From: Paraspadella gotoi
Lineage: Eukaryota > Animalia > Chaetognatha
NCBI GenBank assembly: GCA_051294375.1
Contig: JBJCIZ010001181.1
Span: 1-20,680, forward strand
Direction: 5' to 3'
DNA: 20,680 bases
Shown here piece by piece: positions 1 to 10,194 of the stretch (positions are counted from its first letter, which is position 1; each line of letters opens with the position of its first letter). The notes beneath the pieces are model-generated. The model searched no databases. It had not been told where the DNA came from and worked only from the letters and a program-made list of their open reading frames with translations. The position numbers and the translations under genes are program-made.

Positions 1-15
1 CTCTTCTTCTCCTCT

Positions 16-51
<36 letters not shown>

Positions 52-56
52 CTCTC
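1..56. repeat. (CT)n microsatellite / pyrimidine tract
   Basis: Imperfect CT/CTT dinucleotide run visible at the window start. Confidence 0.9.
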
Positions 57-649
57 ACAGTCTGTGATATCACTCAATCCCCCTACTCAGTCTCACTCTG
101 CCAAATAGACTTCTTCTCTCGCATTTGATCCTCACGAAATAAATGTATGTCGCCACCTTCAAGTCTTTCTTAAAGCTTAACTTCTATTTGATAATCCTAT
201 GCAACGTAGCAGCTCTAACAATTTAATTGAACAGACTTGATTTTATCTAGGACATTTTCGCGGTTTATTATCTTACCGCCTATCGCTAAATCGCACCATG
301 TTTATAATAAAAACAAAAATATGTCTCTTTCATTTTCATATTCGGACCACAAATTAACAAATTTATCCAAACTTAATCTGTCCGTATCCCACCGATTGCC
401 CCCCCCTGGCTCCAAGCCTCATTCATTCGCCCTCAATCCTTCTCCCCCCTCCACACCCCCCTTCTCCACATCCTCCTTCGTAAAAAATAAAAAAGCGGCT
501 AAAGTATCCGCCATATTTTACTCTTCTCCATTGTTTTCTTCTGCCGCCCTATTGCTTCCGTCTTGGAAACAGGTGGCAAGCGATTATGGACGCCTCTCTA
601 AAATAATGAAACGAGAGAAACGAGAAATTCATTCGGATGCGATATAGGC

Positions 650-855
650 GAAGGAGGAGAAAAGAAGAAAAGAGAGAGGAGGAGCGGGAGAGAGGAGGGA
701 AGAGGGAGGGAGAGAGGACGGAGAGAGAGGGAGAGTGAGAGAGAGACGAGGAAGTGAGAGAGGTGACTGGAGGAGGACGTGGGAGAGAGTAGACTGGAAC
801 GAGGTGCTTGCGCGAGAGACGAGGTCTCTGTGGAACCCGGAGAAGAGAAGAGAGA
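650..855. repeat. Degenerate GA-rich purine tract
   Basis: Long imperfect (GA)n/GGA runs. They explain the low-complexity ORF 598..891. Confidence 0.75.
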
Positions 856-1229
856 TAATTGCGATAAAATGATAAATTGAATTACAACCAACGGACGCTC
901 GATGCTTTCGGCGGGATTAATTCAAGCGGCCATGATAGGGTCTTTCATTTAAAATTAAAAAGACATACGTTGGACGTTAAAAACAAAATTAAAAATTTGT
1001 ACGTATTTTGGTAAATGTTCTTAAAACATATTGAACTTTTGATCATCCGACCAATACCCGACAGAACCACAATGAAAAGTTGACTACAGATGTATCACGT
1101 CCTGGACCTGACTAGCTGAGCGTGTGATCTAACGGGTCAGAAAAACCGATAAATATGTAAAAAAAACCAAAACAAACAAAAAGTAATATGTAGAAATTAG
1201 AAATAATGATCCCAATCAGGTAACTACTA

Positions 1230-2564
1230 TGTCTAAGTGTGTTCTGGATATTTATTTGACACTTCGGCAGAATTGTTTGGTCTGAAGAGTGACTTCTGTG
1301 AACTAAATCCCAGAGTTTCCTGACATATTTTGCATGTTTGGGCGGATTTGTGTGTGGAAATAATCTCTCGATGAAAGATATTCAATGATTGTCATCGAAA
1401 GAGAATGTTGTCCGTTCACCGCTCACGATTCGTTTGCAGGCTTTTTTTTGAATGTGATGGTTTAAATTTTCGAACATTTGCTGCTCATAAAACAACTTTT
1501 GCCGACGTATTGTTATCGGAAGTTTTTAAAAAAGGTTTTCATTGCTCGCAAATGCAGTTTTTCTATTTTCTCCCATTATTGGCTTTTGCTCGAGTTTATC
1601 CAAGTTGGACTAGAGTATTCAAAGATTGAATGACCAGACTGTTGTTAGAGCGTGAAGAAACAGTTTTTATAATTTGTCATTAACTTTCGTTGCATTTTAT
1701 TGTTGCAAAGATTTTGCCCTTTTGCTTTGCGTCTAATAAAGAATCAATGAATCTCGTCCATAAAAGTTTTTCATCTAGCGACAATACAAGCAATTTTGAA
1801 TTCCTTTATTTTCTCACGACAACATCAATCTCGATTTTAAGATTCAGACACTCAGCAGAATGTCGCGAGAGGCATCGACTAAAAGACCGTCATTACCGAT
1901 TTTCCCTTTGACAGGGTTAGTTGCCATGTTTCACACCATTTTACAATATCAATTTAAAACCTTTTGTAGTTATCTTTCGCCTCTGACAGTGTGTTTCCGA
2001 TGACCAATATTGAGGTATCATCGCATATTTTGCACCATGAACTTCGTTTCCATCCATGCAGGTAAGTCTCTAACATATGAGAGTGAAACAGGTCAGAGAC
2101 TTATGATCCACCTTGGGGAGCACCTTTTTCAAGTTTAACTTGGTTTTTGAAGACAACTTTCCCTCTATGACATTCATGAACCCGGTCATTTAGATATGAT
2201 TAAGGATTCGTAAAATTTCCTCTGGATATCCAAGACGATGTCATTTTGTTATAACAGACCATCACTCCAGACAGAGTTGAAGGCTAACCTGAAAAGTCTA
2301 GAGCCATCTGCAATTGGTGCAGCTGCCTTTTTCGGTATCCTTTGTTGGATGATTCTTCTACGAGTCTGAGAGAACATTTTCTTGAGCACATCTTTTTTTC
2401 TATAAGCAAACTGTAGATGACGCATTTGTCGCCAGCTTTTAAAGTTTGTATAGGGCTGCTTTTTATACCATTTCTTTCTAGAATTTCTTTACCACCGAGA
2501 TTTTAAGGCTTATGGTCTGTAGCTTTTTGGGTCCATGGCTTTGTCCTGATGTAAACATCTCACA
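1230..2564 (-). pseudogene. Frameshifted reverse-transcriptase / C-terminal part of LINE ORF2
   Basis: Minus-strand fragments read DPKSYRP (~2534-2513), LQFAYRKK (~2419-2395), AFNSVWSDGLL (~2285-2252), GAPQGG (2124-2107) and TAT-GC-GAT-GAT, i.e. YADD with a 1-nt deletion (2027-2017). These occur in canonical order but in shifting frames. The 3' limit is approximate. Confidence 0.85.
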
Positions 2565-4153
2565 TTATGTGCTCCAGGCTTTTGGGAAGTAGCCAGTCAG
2601 TAAGCAATCTTTCATATGTCTAATAATAATTATGATAATAGCTATTAGTGGTAGATTCTTTAATATTCTTGGGGTTATGCCATCTTTCCCTGGGGCAGAT
2701 TTAGTTTTTAAACCGTTAATAATTTGTAATAAGCTTTTGATATTACATACATCTGACATTTTTTGATGCCCTTCATGCTTTAAGGTTTTTGATCTTTGAG
2801 TTAGAGTAGTTTCATTTTCGTTCTTGAACTTTTCAACATTCTTGAAAACTTCTTTGTTTTTCTCTGTTGGTGTTGGAATTGAGTGGACACTTTCCATTCT
2901 TTCAGCCCAAATGTTTAAGTTTTCTAGTTTGGAGTTTGAAAATGTTCCATCTTCCTTTCTTAGAAAACAATCTGCATTATTTTCATTTCTTTTGTAGTTT
3001 ATAACTTCATTGATTGCTTTCCATTTTTTAGCCGAATCTTTTTCTATTTCGATTTTGTTAATTTTATTTTTTAGAGAAATTTGTTCATCTTCTTTAATAG
3101 CACTCTTAACCTTTCTGCAAATATGATTTAATTTTTTCCTCCATTGGATTTTTGTATCTGTATCCATGTGCTCAAGTAAACCTTTCTTTTTCTGATCAAT
3201 TAGTTTCCGTTTCACCTTTATCAAAGTCCATGTATGATTCGACAATGGACATTCTTTATTTTTCACTATTTTTCTTTCATACATACACTTTTCCATGGAA
3301 ATCTGGATTGTCCTTGTCCAAATGCTTACTTTATGGTCGAGATTCAGTGAGTTCCATTCTTCATTTTTTTCCAATAGTGGTTTAAAGTGATTGGCAACTG
3401 TCGGTTGAAAATTCTGATAGTCAAGAACACTCACTTTTTTATTCTTATGACATCCTTTACTTTTTATTTTTACTATGACAGGTAAATGGTCACTTCCTAT
3501 GTCGTGTAAGACACGACAGTCCAAGACATTTTCTGCAGTTTTTTCATCTGAAAATACATAATCAAGCAGGTTTCCTTCGCCTGTTATTCTGCTGACATAG
3601 GTCATTTCATCTGAATGTTGCTTTATCAGGTTATGCTTTGTTACTATGTTGACCAGATACTCCCCTGCAGTTGAATCGGTTCTGCTTCCAAGAAATTTGC
3701 TTGGTGAATTGAAATCGCCTAACAATAGGCGAGTGCATTTTTCATCATCTTTATAATTTTTCCATATTTCAACTAGTTTTTCTTCAATCAAGTTTCCCGG
3801 GTGAACGTAAGATGTTCCAAGAATAATTTTATTGCCACTTTTTAAAATAATTTCTGCCACTGTGCTTTCCTGAAATGTTACACTTTCTTTAATCTCTTTA
3901 ATCAAACACCCTTCTGGAAGGCCAATGCAAACACCGCTTGCAACACTTGTGTTAGGTCTGTTGTTTTTTAAAAAGAATTTGTAACCATCAAAAGTTAAAT
4001 TGCTTACATCTTTGGTTCTTATGTCATTAAATACCAAAATTACTGTCCTTCTTTGTTAAAGTTATTTATTAGAGTTTTTAACTCAGTGAGTCTTGAAGGA
4101 TTACCATTGCTGTTGAGAAGCATGATGTATGTGCGTTCAGACTTATGTTCCAT
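2565..4153 (-). CDS. LINE ORF2, N-terminal part: apurinic-like endonuclease + linker + start of RT (one frameshift near 4045, premature stop at 2565)
   Basis: APE motifs YVHP, LLGDFN, TY, LLDYVF and SDHLPV, plus RT domain-0 motif KSAPGKDGI...GYFPKAW, lie in ORF 4037..2565. The probable true start is the ATG at 4153 (MEHKSERTYIMLLNSNG..., containing an NxNG motif I) in a neighbouring frame. Confidence 0.85.
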
Positions 4154-5837
4154 TTTGAGAAACTCTGACTTTTTCCGGGACATTTTGTTTTCGCAACTTT
4201 CCTCTTTTTGTAGAATCTTCTTTATTCATTGGGTCTTTTGGAAGTTGACGTCCAGTGCTTAATCTTCTTNNNNNNNNNNNNNNNNNNNNNNCAGACTCAT
4301 TCAGAGTTGTGAGTGGAAATTGTGGTGTTTCTTGTATTTCAGGTGAAAAAATGTTGCCCCAACTTTGATTCTGGTTAGAGGTTGCAGAGCTGACTGTAGG
4401 AGTGTTTACTCTGGGAGTGTTTACTCTGGGAGGTTTACTCTGGGAAGCACGAGTAATTTTGATGCTCTTGTCATTGTTTATTTTTTGAAGCATTTCAAAG
4501 TTTTCGACAAGCTCTTCTGCCTTTTGTATAAGTGTAGTGTCTGTGATTTCCCCACCTTGGACCATATCTCTGACAAGCAAACCCATGCAGTAGAAAATAT
4601 TGACGAGCTGAGGTCGTGAGAGGGTTAACTCATTCGAGGTTTTACTTTCTTGCTGTGACATAGCTGCCTCAGCGTATGTTTTATTTGAGTTCCTGTAGTG
4701 GGTCGTAACCGAGTTTCCAGTATTTGCATTTTTGTTGGCCTCGACAAAGGAAGGACAAATTTTTGAGTTGGAAGTATGAGGACCTTGACAATTGGCGCAT
4801 TTAATAACTTCAGATTTACATGTTTTATGGCTATGGTGTCCAGCACATTTCAAACAAGTTTGCATACTCTCTTGGCATCTGCGACTGCCATGACCAAATT
4901 TTTGGCATTTAAAGCACTGCATTACATTTCCTATTTTGTAGTCTACTACTTCGTGTTTCTTAAACAAAATTTTGACTCCCTCTTTAAGTAACTTTTCAGC
5001 GTATTCTTTTGAGTTTACTGCAATTTTTACATTCCAGGACTTTCCTGGAGTGATAGATGAAGTTAAGCGTTTTACTGTGACAACGGGAATACCTTGTTGT
5101 ATCATCTCGTCCTTAATTTCATCATCTTCAACACTTGGTTCTACTCCTCTAAGAACCAGCGTTCTGACAACTGTATTGTTGGACGGAAGTCTTGGAACAA
5201 TTTTAAACTTTCCTTGTAACCAATTTTCTTCTTTAAGAACCGAGTTGAAATCTTTATCACTCTTTACTGTGATAAGAATGTCCCCGCTGTGTAGAAGTTT
5301 TATTTCATCAAAATCACCAGTCCCTTTATAAGCGTTTTTGACAGAAGTAATTAATTGGCTTCTTTTACCTTTAATCTCTGGCGGAAAGTTTGTAGACAAG
5401 ATTACGGCTGGCAACTTGTTTCTTGAAGATGTCTCTTTAATTTCTTTTGGAGGAGTTATGACAGTGTCAGTGTTTGCAGTCGCTCTGGCTTCCAAGAGCT
5501 GCTGACTAAAAGGTGACTCGGAGCGTGAAGACTTACTTCTTTGAACAGCACCAAGTTCACATCCTTTTCTTTTACGAGTTTCATTAACCATCGGCGAAAA
5601 ATATGTATCACCGTCCGATTCTTCGTGTTCATTAAAAACAGGATTTTCATTTTCTTGCCTTTTGAGATTGAGAAGTTTGTTTAGTAAACATTCGCGACTT
5701 TGTTTAGGCAGTCTAAGGATTTCCTCATAGTAATTTTCGTGCGTGTTTTTGTGACCAGTTTCACAGTTTTGTGAAACAGGTTCACTGACTGAACCTGTCT
5801 CCATCCTTTGTTTTTCTTGGGATCGGGTTCCCACCAT
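4143..5837 (-). CDS. LINE ORF1 nucleic-acid-binding (gag-like) protein
   Basis: RRM-like segment VRTLVLRGVEPSVEDDEIKDEM...VKRL, then CFKCQKFGHGSRRC, CLKCAGHHSHKTC and CANCQGPHTSNSKIC knuckles. The ORF spans an N gap at 4270-4291, so continuity across the gap is assumed. Confidence 0.92.
   Translation of the reverse strand: MVGTRSQEKQRMETGSVSEPVSQNCETGHKNTHENYYEEILRLPKQSRECLLNKLLNLKRQENENPVFNEHEESDGDTYFSPMVNETRKRKGCELGAVQRSKSSRSESPFSQQLLEARATANTDTVITPPKEIKETSSRNKLPAVILSTNFPPEIKGKRSQLITSVKNAYKGTGDFDEIKLLHSGDILITVKSDKDFNSVLKEENWLQGKFKIVPRLPSNNTVVRTLVLRGVEPSVEDDEIKDEMIQQGIPVVTVKRLTSSITPGKSWNVKIAVNSKEYAEKLLKEGVKILFKKHEVVDYKIGNVMQCFKCQKFGHGSRRCQESMQTCLKCAGHHSHKTCKSEVIKCANCQGPHTSNSKICPSFVEANKNANTGNSVTTHYRNSNKTYAEAAMSQQESKTSNELTLSRPQLVNIFYCMGLLVRDMVQGGEITDTTLIQKAEELVENFEMLQKINNDKSIKITRASQSKPPRVNTPRVNTPTVSSATSNQNQSWGNIFSPEIQETPQFPLTTLNESXXXXXXXXRRLSTGRQLPKDPMNKEDSTKRGKLRKQNVPEKVRVSQNGT
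4270..4291. other. Assembly gap (N run)
   Basis: Run of n characters. Confidence 1.
4399..4445. repeat. 15-bp tandem repeat x3 (GGAGTGTTTACTCTG) inside ORF1
   Basis: Two exact 15-mers plus a 14-nt variant. They encode SQSKP-PRVNT-PRVNT-P on the minus strand. Confidence 0.9.
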
Positions 5838-6102
5838 CCTATGCCCAGGCCGGGCCTGATAGGATTTTAAATTTAGTGAATGGCCAGCTGACGTTCGTTT
5901 ATATTTTTCACATTAATATTTATATTGAATTTGCCAGTTTTTCTTAGTTTTACAGTTTGTAGTTTAAGATTGTTCACAAATCCGCTTTAGTACCAAACTT
6001 CATGGTATAACTTATGGGCACCAAATCGAGTTAATTTGTTTTTTTTTTATTTTGGTAATAATTCAGAATCATACTCATATCGTCGAGAGTTTAATGAGAA
6101 CA

Positions 6103-6174
6103 ATGAGAAGAAAAAGAGAAGAAGAGAGGAGAGAAGAGAGGAGAGAGAGGAGAGATGAGAGAGAGAGAGAGAGA
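6103..6174. repeat. (GA)n microsatellite, imperfect
   Basis: Visible GA run. Confidence 0.85.
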
Positions 6175-6551
6175 CCCTAGTACAGCTTATGTTTTCGTGT
6201 TTGTGCGTCCGGGTTGAAAGGTGAGCGTCTCTATCATTTCGGTTCGAGACTTCGATATGTCGCGCCCGCGACGAATCAGTTCAACATGAGACGAAGTACG
6301 CGCGTTTTTGTTTTTCGTCAAAAAGACGACGAAATATAGAAAGAGTTAAAAACATATAGAATATGTTTTTAAACTGTACTTTTGACACGAAACTTTTATC
6401 AAATCCGTTATACGTGAGACTATAAGCTCATTAATATTAAGTTAAATATTAATATTAAATATACTATAACTAAGAAATGTGCTGTCAAGGCAAAAATCTT
6501 ATCTAATTGTTACGAAACCTTAATTTTTGTTTTCAGAACAAATGATACTTT

Positions 6552-6610
6552 GAGAGGAAGAGAGAGAGAGAAGAGAGGAGAGGAGAGAGAGAGAGAGAAG
6601 AGAGAGAGAA
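6552..6610. repeat. (GA)n microsatellite, imperfect
   Basis: Visible GA run. Confidence 0.85.
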
Positions 6611-9438
6611 CATTACTCGATCGCGGGCCATAAGCCTCAATCCGCCATCGATCAACAACAGAGAGAAAAAGTTTTACTTCTCCATTCAGCTTTCCTCCCT
6701 TCCACCATCCTTTCGGTAGCTCACCCCCCTCTCCCTCACACCGCCTCTCCCTGTCGTAAGTCACACTGGAGGGGTTAGACATAACCCACCCCTAGTCTTT
6801 GACTACGCCTCCTAATATATATACCACGACTTGGACACAACTCTTGGTTCAGTCGGAGAACATTCGTATGGTCGTTGCAGAGAGCGAGTCTTGATTTATG
6901 GGCTAGACGGAAGAGAGACAAGAATGGAGACATGAACAAGTATAACGCTGTCTAAAGGGTGGAGATAAAAGATGACGATGAAAAATCGTTTTTTGCTAGC
7001 CTTGTATAGTAATAAAAATAATAAGCCCTTAAAAACAAATGCCATATCAATAATCTATGAATTTTTTTTATAGTAATTTAAAATATAAAATTTCCAAAAT
7101 CATATTTTCTTAAGTTTTAAAGAAACAGTTTGGATCGCCGGAAAACTGAAAAAACTTTGTGCAATTATAGTTACATATATTTTAAGTTAAGCTGCAAAAA
7201 CACAAAATTATCACATATAATAGTTTTACTACCAAAGTGTAAAATGGAGAATTTGACCTTTTTTTTTCATATTTACGACTGCCGAAGACATTAAAATTTT
7301 TACTAACATATTTTAATATTTTTTATCTACTTTTATGAAGAATAGAATGTTAATAAAATTTTTAAAAACTTATTTGAAACTTTTGTTTTATAAAAATATA
7401 TCATAATAACTTCGTAATTATGAACTGTTCCAAAACATAATAAACAAAATATTTTTTGTACTCTTAATCATACTATATAATGTAAATATCCTTTTTGGAT
7501 ATCCTCAAAATAAATTTAAATGTTCCCCAGTGCTACCATCTATCTAGTCTAATCCAACAGCTTCATTAATCTTTGAACTGAAAATTCGAGCTAAATCTAA
7601 CGTTTAAAAATTTCAGTCTTATCGGACATGAGTGTTGCAGGTGGCGCTTCTAGATATATTCATCTTATAATAGATAATAGATATTAATTTTAAATAAGGT
7701 AAAATCAGCATTGCCGTTCTAAAATCACATGCTGATTCATTGTCGTAAATGATCAAAATTCATTCTTTATTTTTCCTCATGCATGAGAGTACGGATAAAA
7801 ATCTCGAGGATCAATTTAAGTCTGAAAAGTTTGTAGTCAGGCGTGGAGAATCGATAATAAACGTTTTCCGTTTCGAATATCAATCTCGACGCTCGACTAA
7901 TTTTTTTTTTTTACTTTTCTTCTTTCTGATTCCTCCATTTTTCCCTTTCCTTTTCTTTCGACACTCTCCCTTTTGCTTCTCATAATCTTTTCCCTTTTTT
8001 CTTCTTCACTAGGAAAACTCGATAATTTGATCCAGATCGAGTTCCTTCGAAGACAGGTGACGCGTTGGTCGTGCGGAGTTAAGTTTTCGATAGGAAGTTC
8101 GGGAGGGGGCGAGGAAGGCGAGGGAAAGAAAAAAACGCTCCTTTCCGTCAAAGAAACGCTGACGACTCAGCGATTGTTTAGAGTAATCAAGTAGTGCTAT
8201 GGACTCTCTATATCTCGGCGGGGAAGGGGCCAATATATAGTAAGGCGGCCCAAAATGAACACTTTTTATAACTTTTCAATTCTCTCAAAAAAATTCTTTT
8301 TTCTTCTATTACTTAAATCGATTTCAATCCTTTTTGAATTAGTTCATTGGGTTGTTGCCTGAAGCTTTTAAATTTTATATATATAACAAATGACAAAATT
8401 TTTTAAAAAAATTAGTTTTTAAGAAACGGATTCCTAAGTAGACCTTGAAAAGTTAAAACTGAAAAGTTAGTACTACCATCTTTTAAAATTTGACAAGAAA
8501 GGTTGAAAAACAGAAAAAACGTAAAAATCATCAAATCATCTCATCATGTGCTGAATTTTCTCTAGTTTTTTAAAATTTTATCAATAAACAATCAAAATTC
8601 TTTAAAAATTGTATTAATAACTTTATCTAATTTAGAAGCTCTATCAGAATCCATTAAGCCAATTGAAAAAACTCAAAAAAAAAATATTTAACTATATATA
8701 TGTAAAAATATCTTTAAATGCTTCCGTCAATTATTATGAATATTTTTTTAAAATTAATTTTAATTTACTTCATATCTTTACAGTCATTAATATTATTTTT
8801 TTTAGAGAATTCTTATTTCAACTGTTCCGGCTAATTATAATAAGGCCCTTGGAGAATGGTAAGAGACGTCGATGAGAAGGGTCATAAAGTGTCCACTTCA
8901 CCGACTTACTTTACTCTCTCTCTCAAGCAGCGAAATCGGCGAAGGACATCAGTGATCAAAACCATTTATTTCTAATTTATTCACAATTCGGTCAATTTCT
9001 TCTTTAAACCACTGACATTTCGCCTCTTGTCCTTTGCGCGATCGCCTAGATGACCACCGCTAGGACCGCTTGTCCCTCTAATACTATCCATTCCTAACCT
9101 TCTTCTATACAATAAAAGATTCTGAAGACTGAAACCTTACCAAAGAGCGTTTATCCACGTTTCCTGGAACCAAGTCGATAATGAATTCCACAACCTGGCA
9201 CGTAATGGACTGCGCCCAACGCGCGCAGCGCTGAAGCCGCTGCCTCGCCGCACAGCTGCCGATGCGAGGTTCATTAGGGTGTGGCCAAATTCTTATCAAG
9301 TTGAAATATATCTTCAGAAAAAATTATACATCAAATGATTTGTGGAGGCCTAATAAAATAGTTCCACAATTCGCCATTCCAAATGATTTCAACACTTAGC
9401 GCTACTCGGCGCTTAGGATTTTGGCACGAACTTGCATA

Positions 9439-10007
9439 TGTGCATCTTCAAGACAGTACAACAGCCATAATATGGAAAAGATATCTATTCCGGAAATGCG
9501 ACAACCGGCTGAGCCGCTGAAGAACTGAGAAGCCAAGCTTTAATGAACTCGGCCACTCAGAACGCCATGGAATCAAGGAACAAAAAGTCAATTTAAAGTC
9601 TTAATCTAAATCAAAGATTTTGTTTTTTGAATCAAATTCATTTGTGCCTCCTAGAGATGACTCTATCAATTTGATTTTGTTTATTGACACTTAACTTTAT
9701 TAATGGATTTTTGAAATGAATCAGACTGAATTTCACCTTTTGAATTGATAATAAACTGATTATCAAATTACATCAACATGTTTTTAATCAACTCTCCTAA
9801 TGTAAATACTACATTGATAAGTAGAGAAAAACTTTGTCTCAACAAAAAGTAAATTCTTCATTAACAAAGATCAATTCAAATCCAACGTTATACTTTCCCT
9901 GCAATGAGACTGAGATAAACATCTGTCTAATCATCTTAGCCATCTAACGTTCTGTCAGGTCATCATCACGCGTGACAAGGTCACCGGCTTCCCGATACCT
10001 TGCCACA
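9439..10007 (+). repeat. 5' LTR (~569 bp)
   Basis: Direct repeat of 15348-15912. Near-identical from CTGAAGAACTGAGAAGCCAAGC (~9517) to CTTGCCACA (10007). The first ~80 bp align only with many indels. Confidence 0.92.
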
Positions 10008-10009
10008 CA

Positions 10010-10023
10010 TGGTAATCCCGACG
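10010..10023 (+). promoter_or_regulatory. Primer-binding site, tRNA-Trp-like
   Basis: TGGTAATCCCGACG lies 2 nt after the LTR end. It matches 12/14 to TGGTGACCCCGACG, the complement of the typical animal tRNA-Trp 3' end (recalled, not searched). Confidence 0.8.
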
Positions 10024-10194
10024 AAAGGACGTCAACCAACCTTCAACCGGGGCAAGAACGAAAAATCACCATCTCTGAGGTAAGATCGGGTGATGAATTG
10101 GAATTAAGTGTGATCACCCGGTTTTCTCACACATTTTCCATTTGCCCCAACTTTCCCAAATCCGCGATCGACTTCACATCGCGAGAGAGGACCG

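Larger units (their letters stand above)
1040..6050 (-). mobile_element. Non-LTR retrotransposon (LINE), Jockey/I group; boundaries approximate
   Basis: ORF1 (RRM-like + three CCHC knuckles) is followed by ORF2 with APE endonuclease and RT motifs on the same strand. The ORF2 span of ~2.9 kb leaves little room for an RNase H domain. No poly(A) tail or TSD was found, so the ends are estimates. Confidence 0.9.

Noticed and set aside
410-535. Faint similarity to 6630-6690 (AAGCCTCA..CGCC..ATC; TTTTACT(C)TTCTCCATT)
   Set aside because: Matches are short and in biased sequence, and cannot be distinguished from chance by eye.
237-891. ORFs 237..647 (+) and 598..891 (-)
   Set aside because: Low-complexity translations of pyrimidine/purine tracts with no recognisable domain.
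8900-9430. Possible minus-strand host exons (GTAAG donor-like sites at ~9140 and ~8909; ORF 9105..9299)
   Set aside because: No recognisable protein, no consistent acceptor or frame, and the region looks noisy.
9434-9438. Target-site duplication for the Gypsy element (GCATA vs TAATA at 15913-15917)
   Set aside because: Only 3/5 match, so it is not accepted without better sequence.
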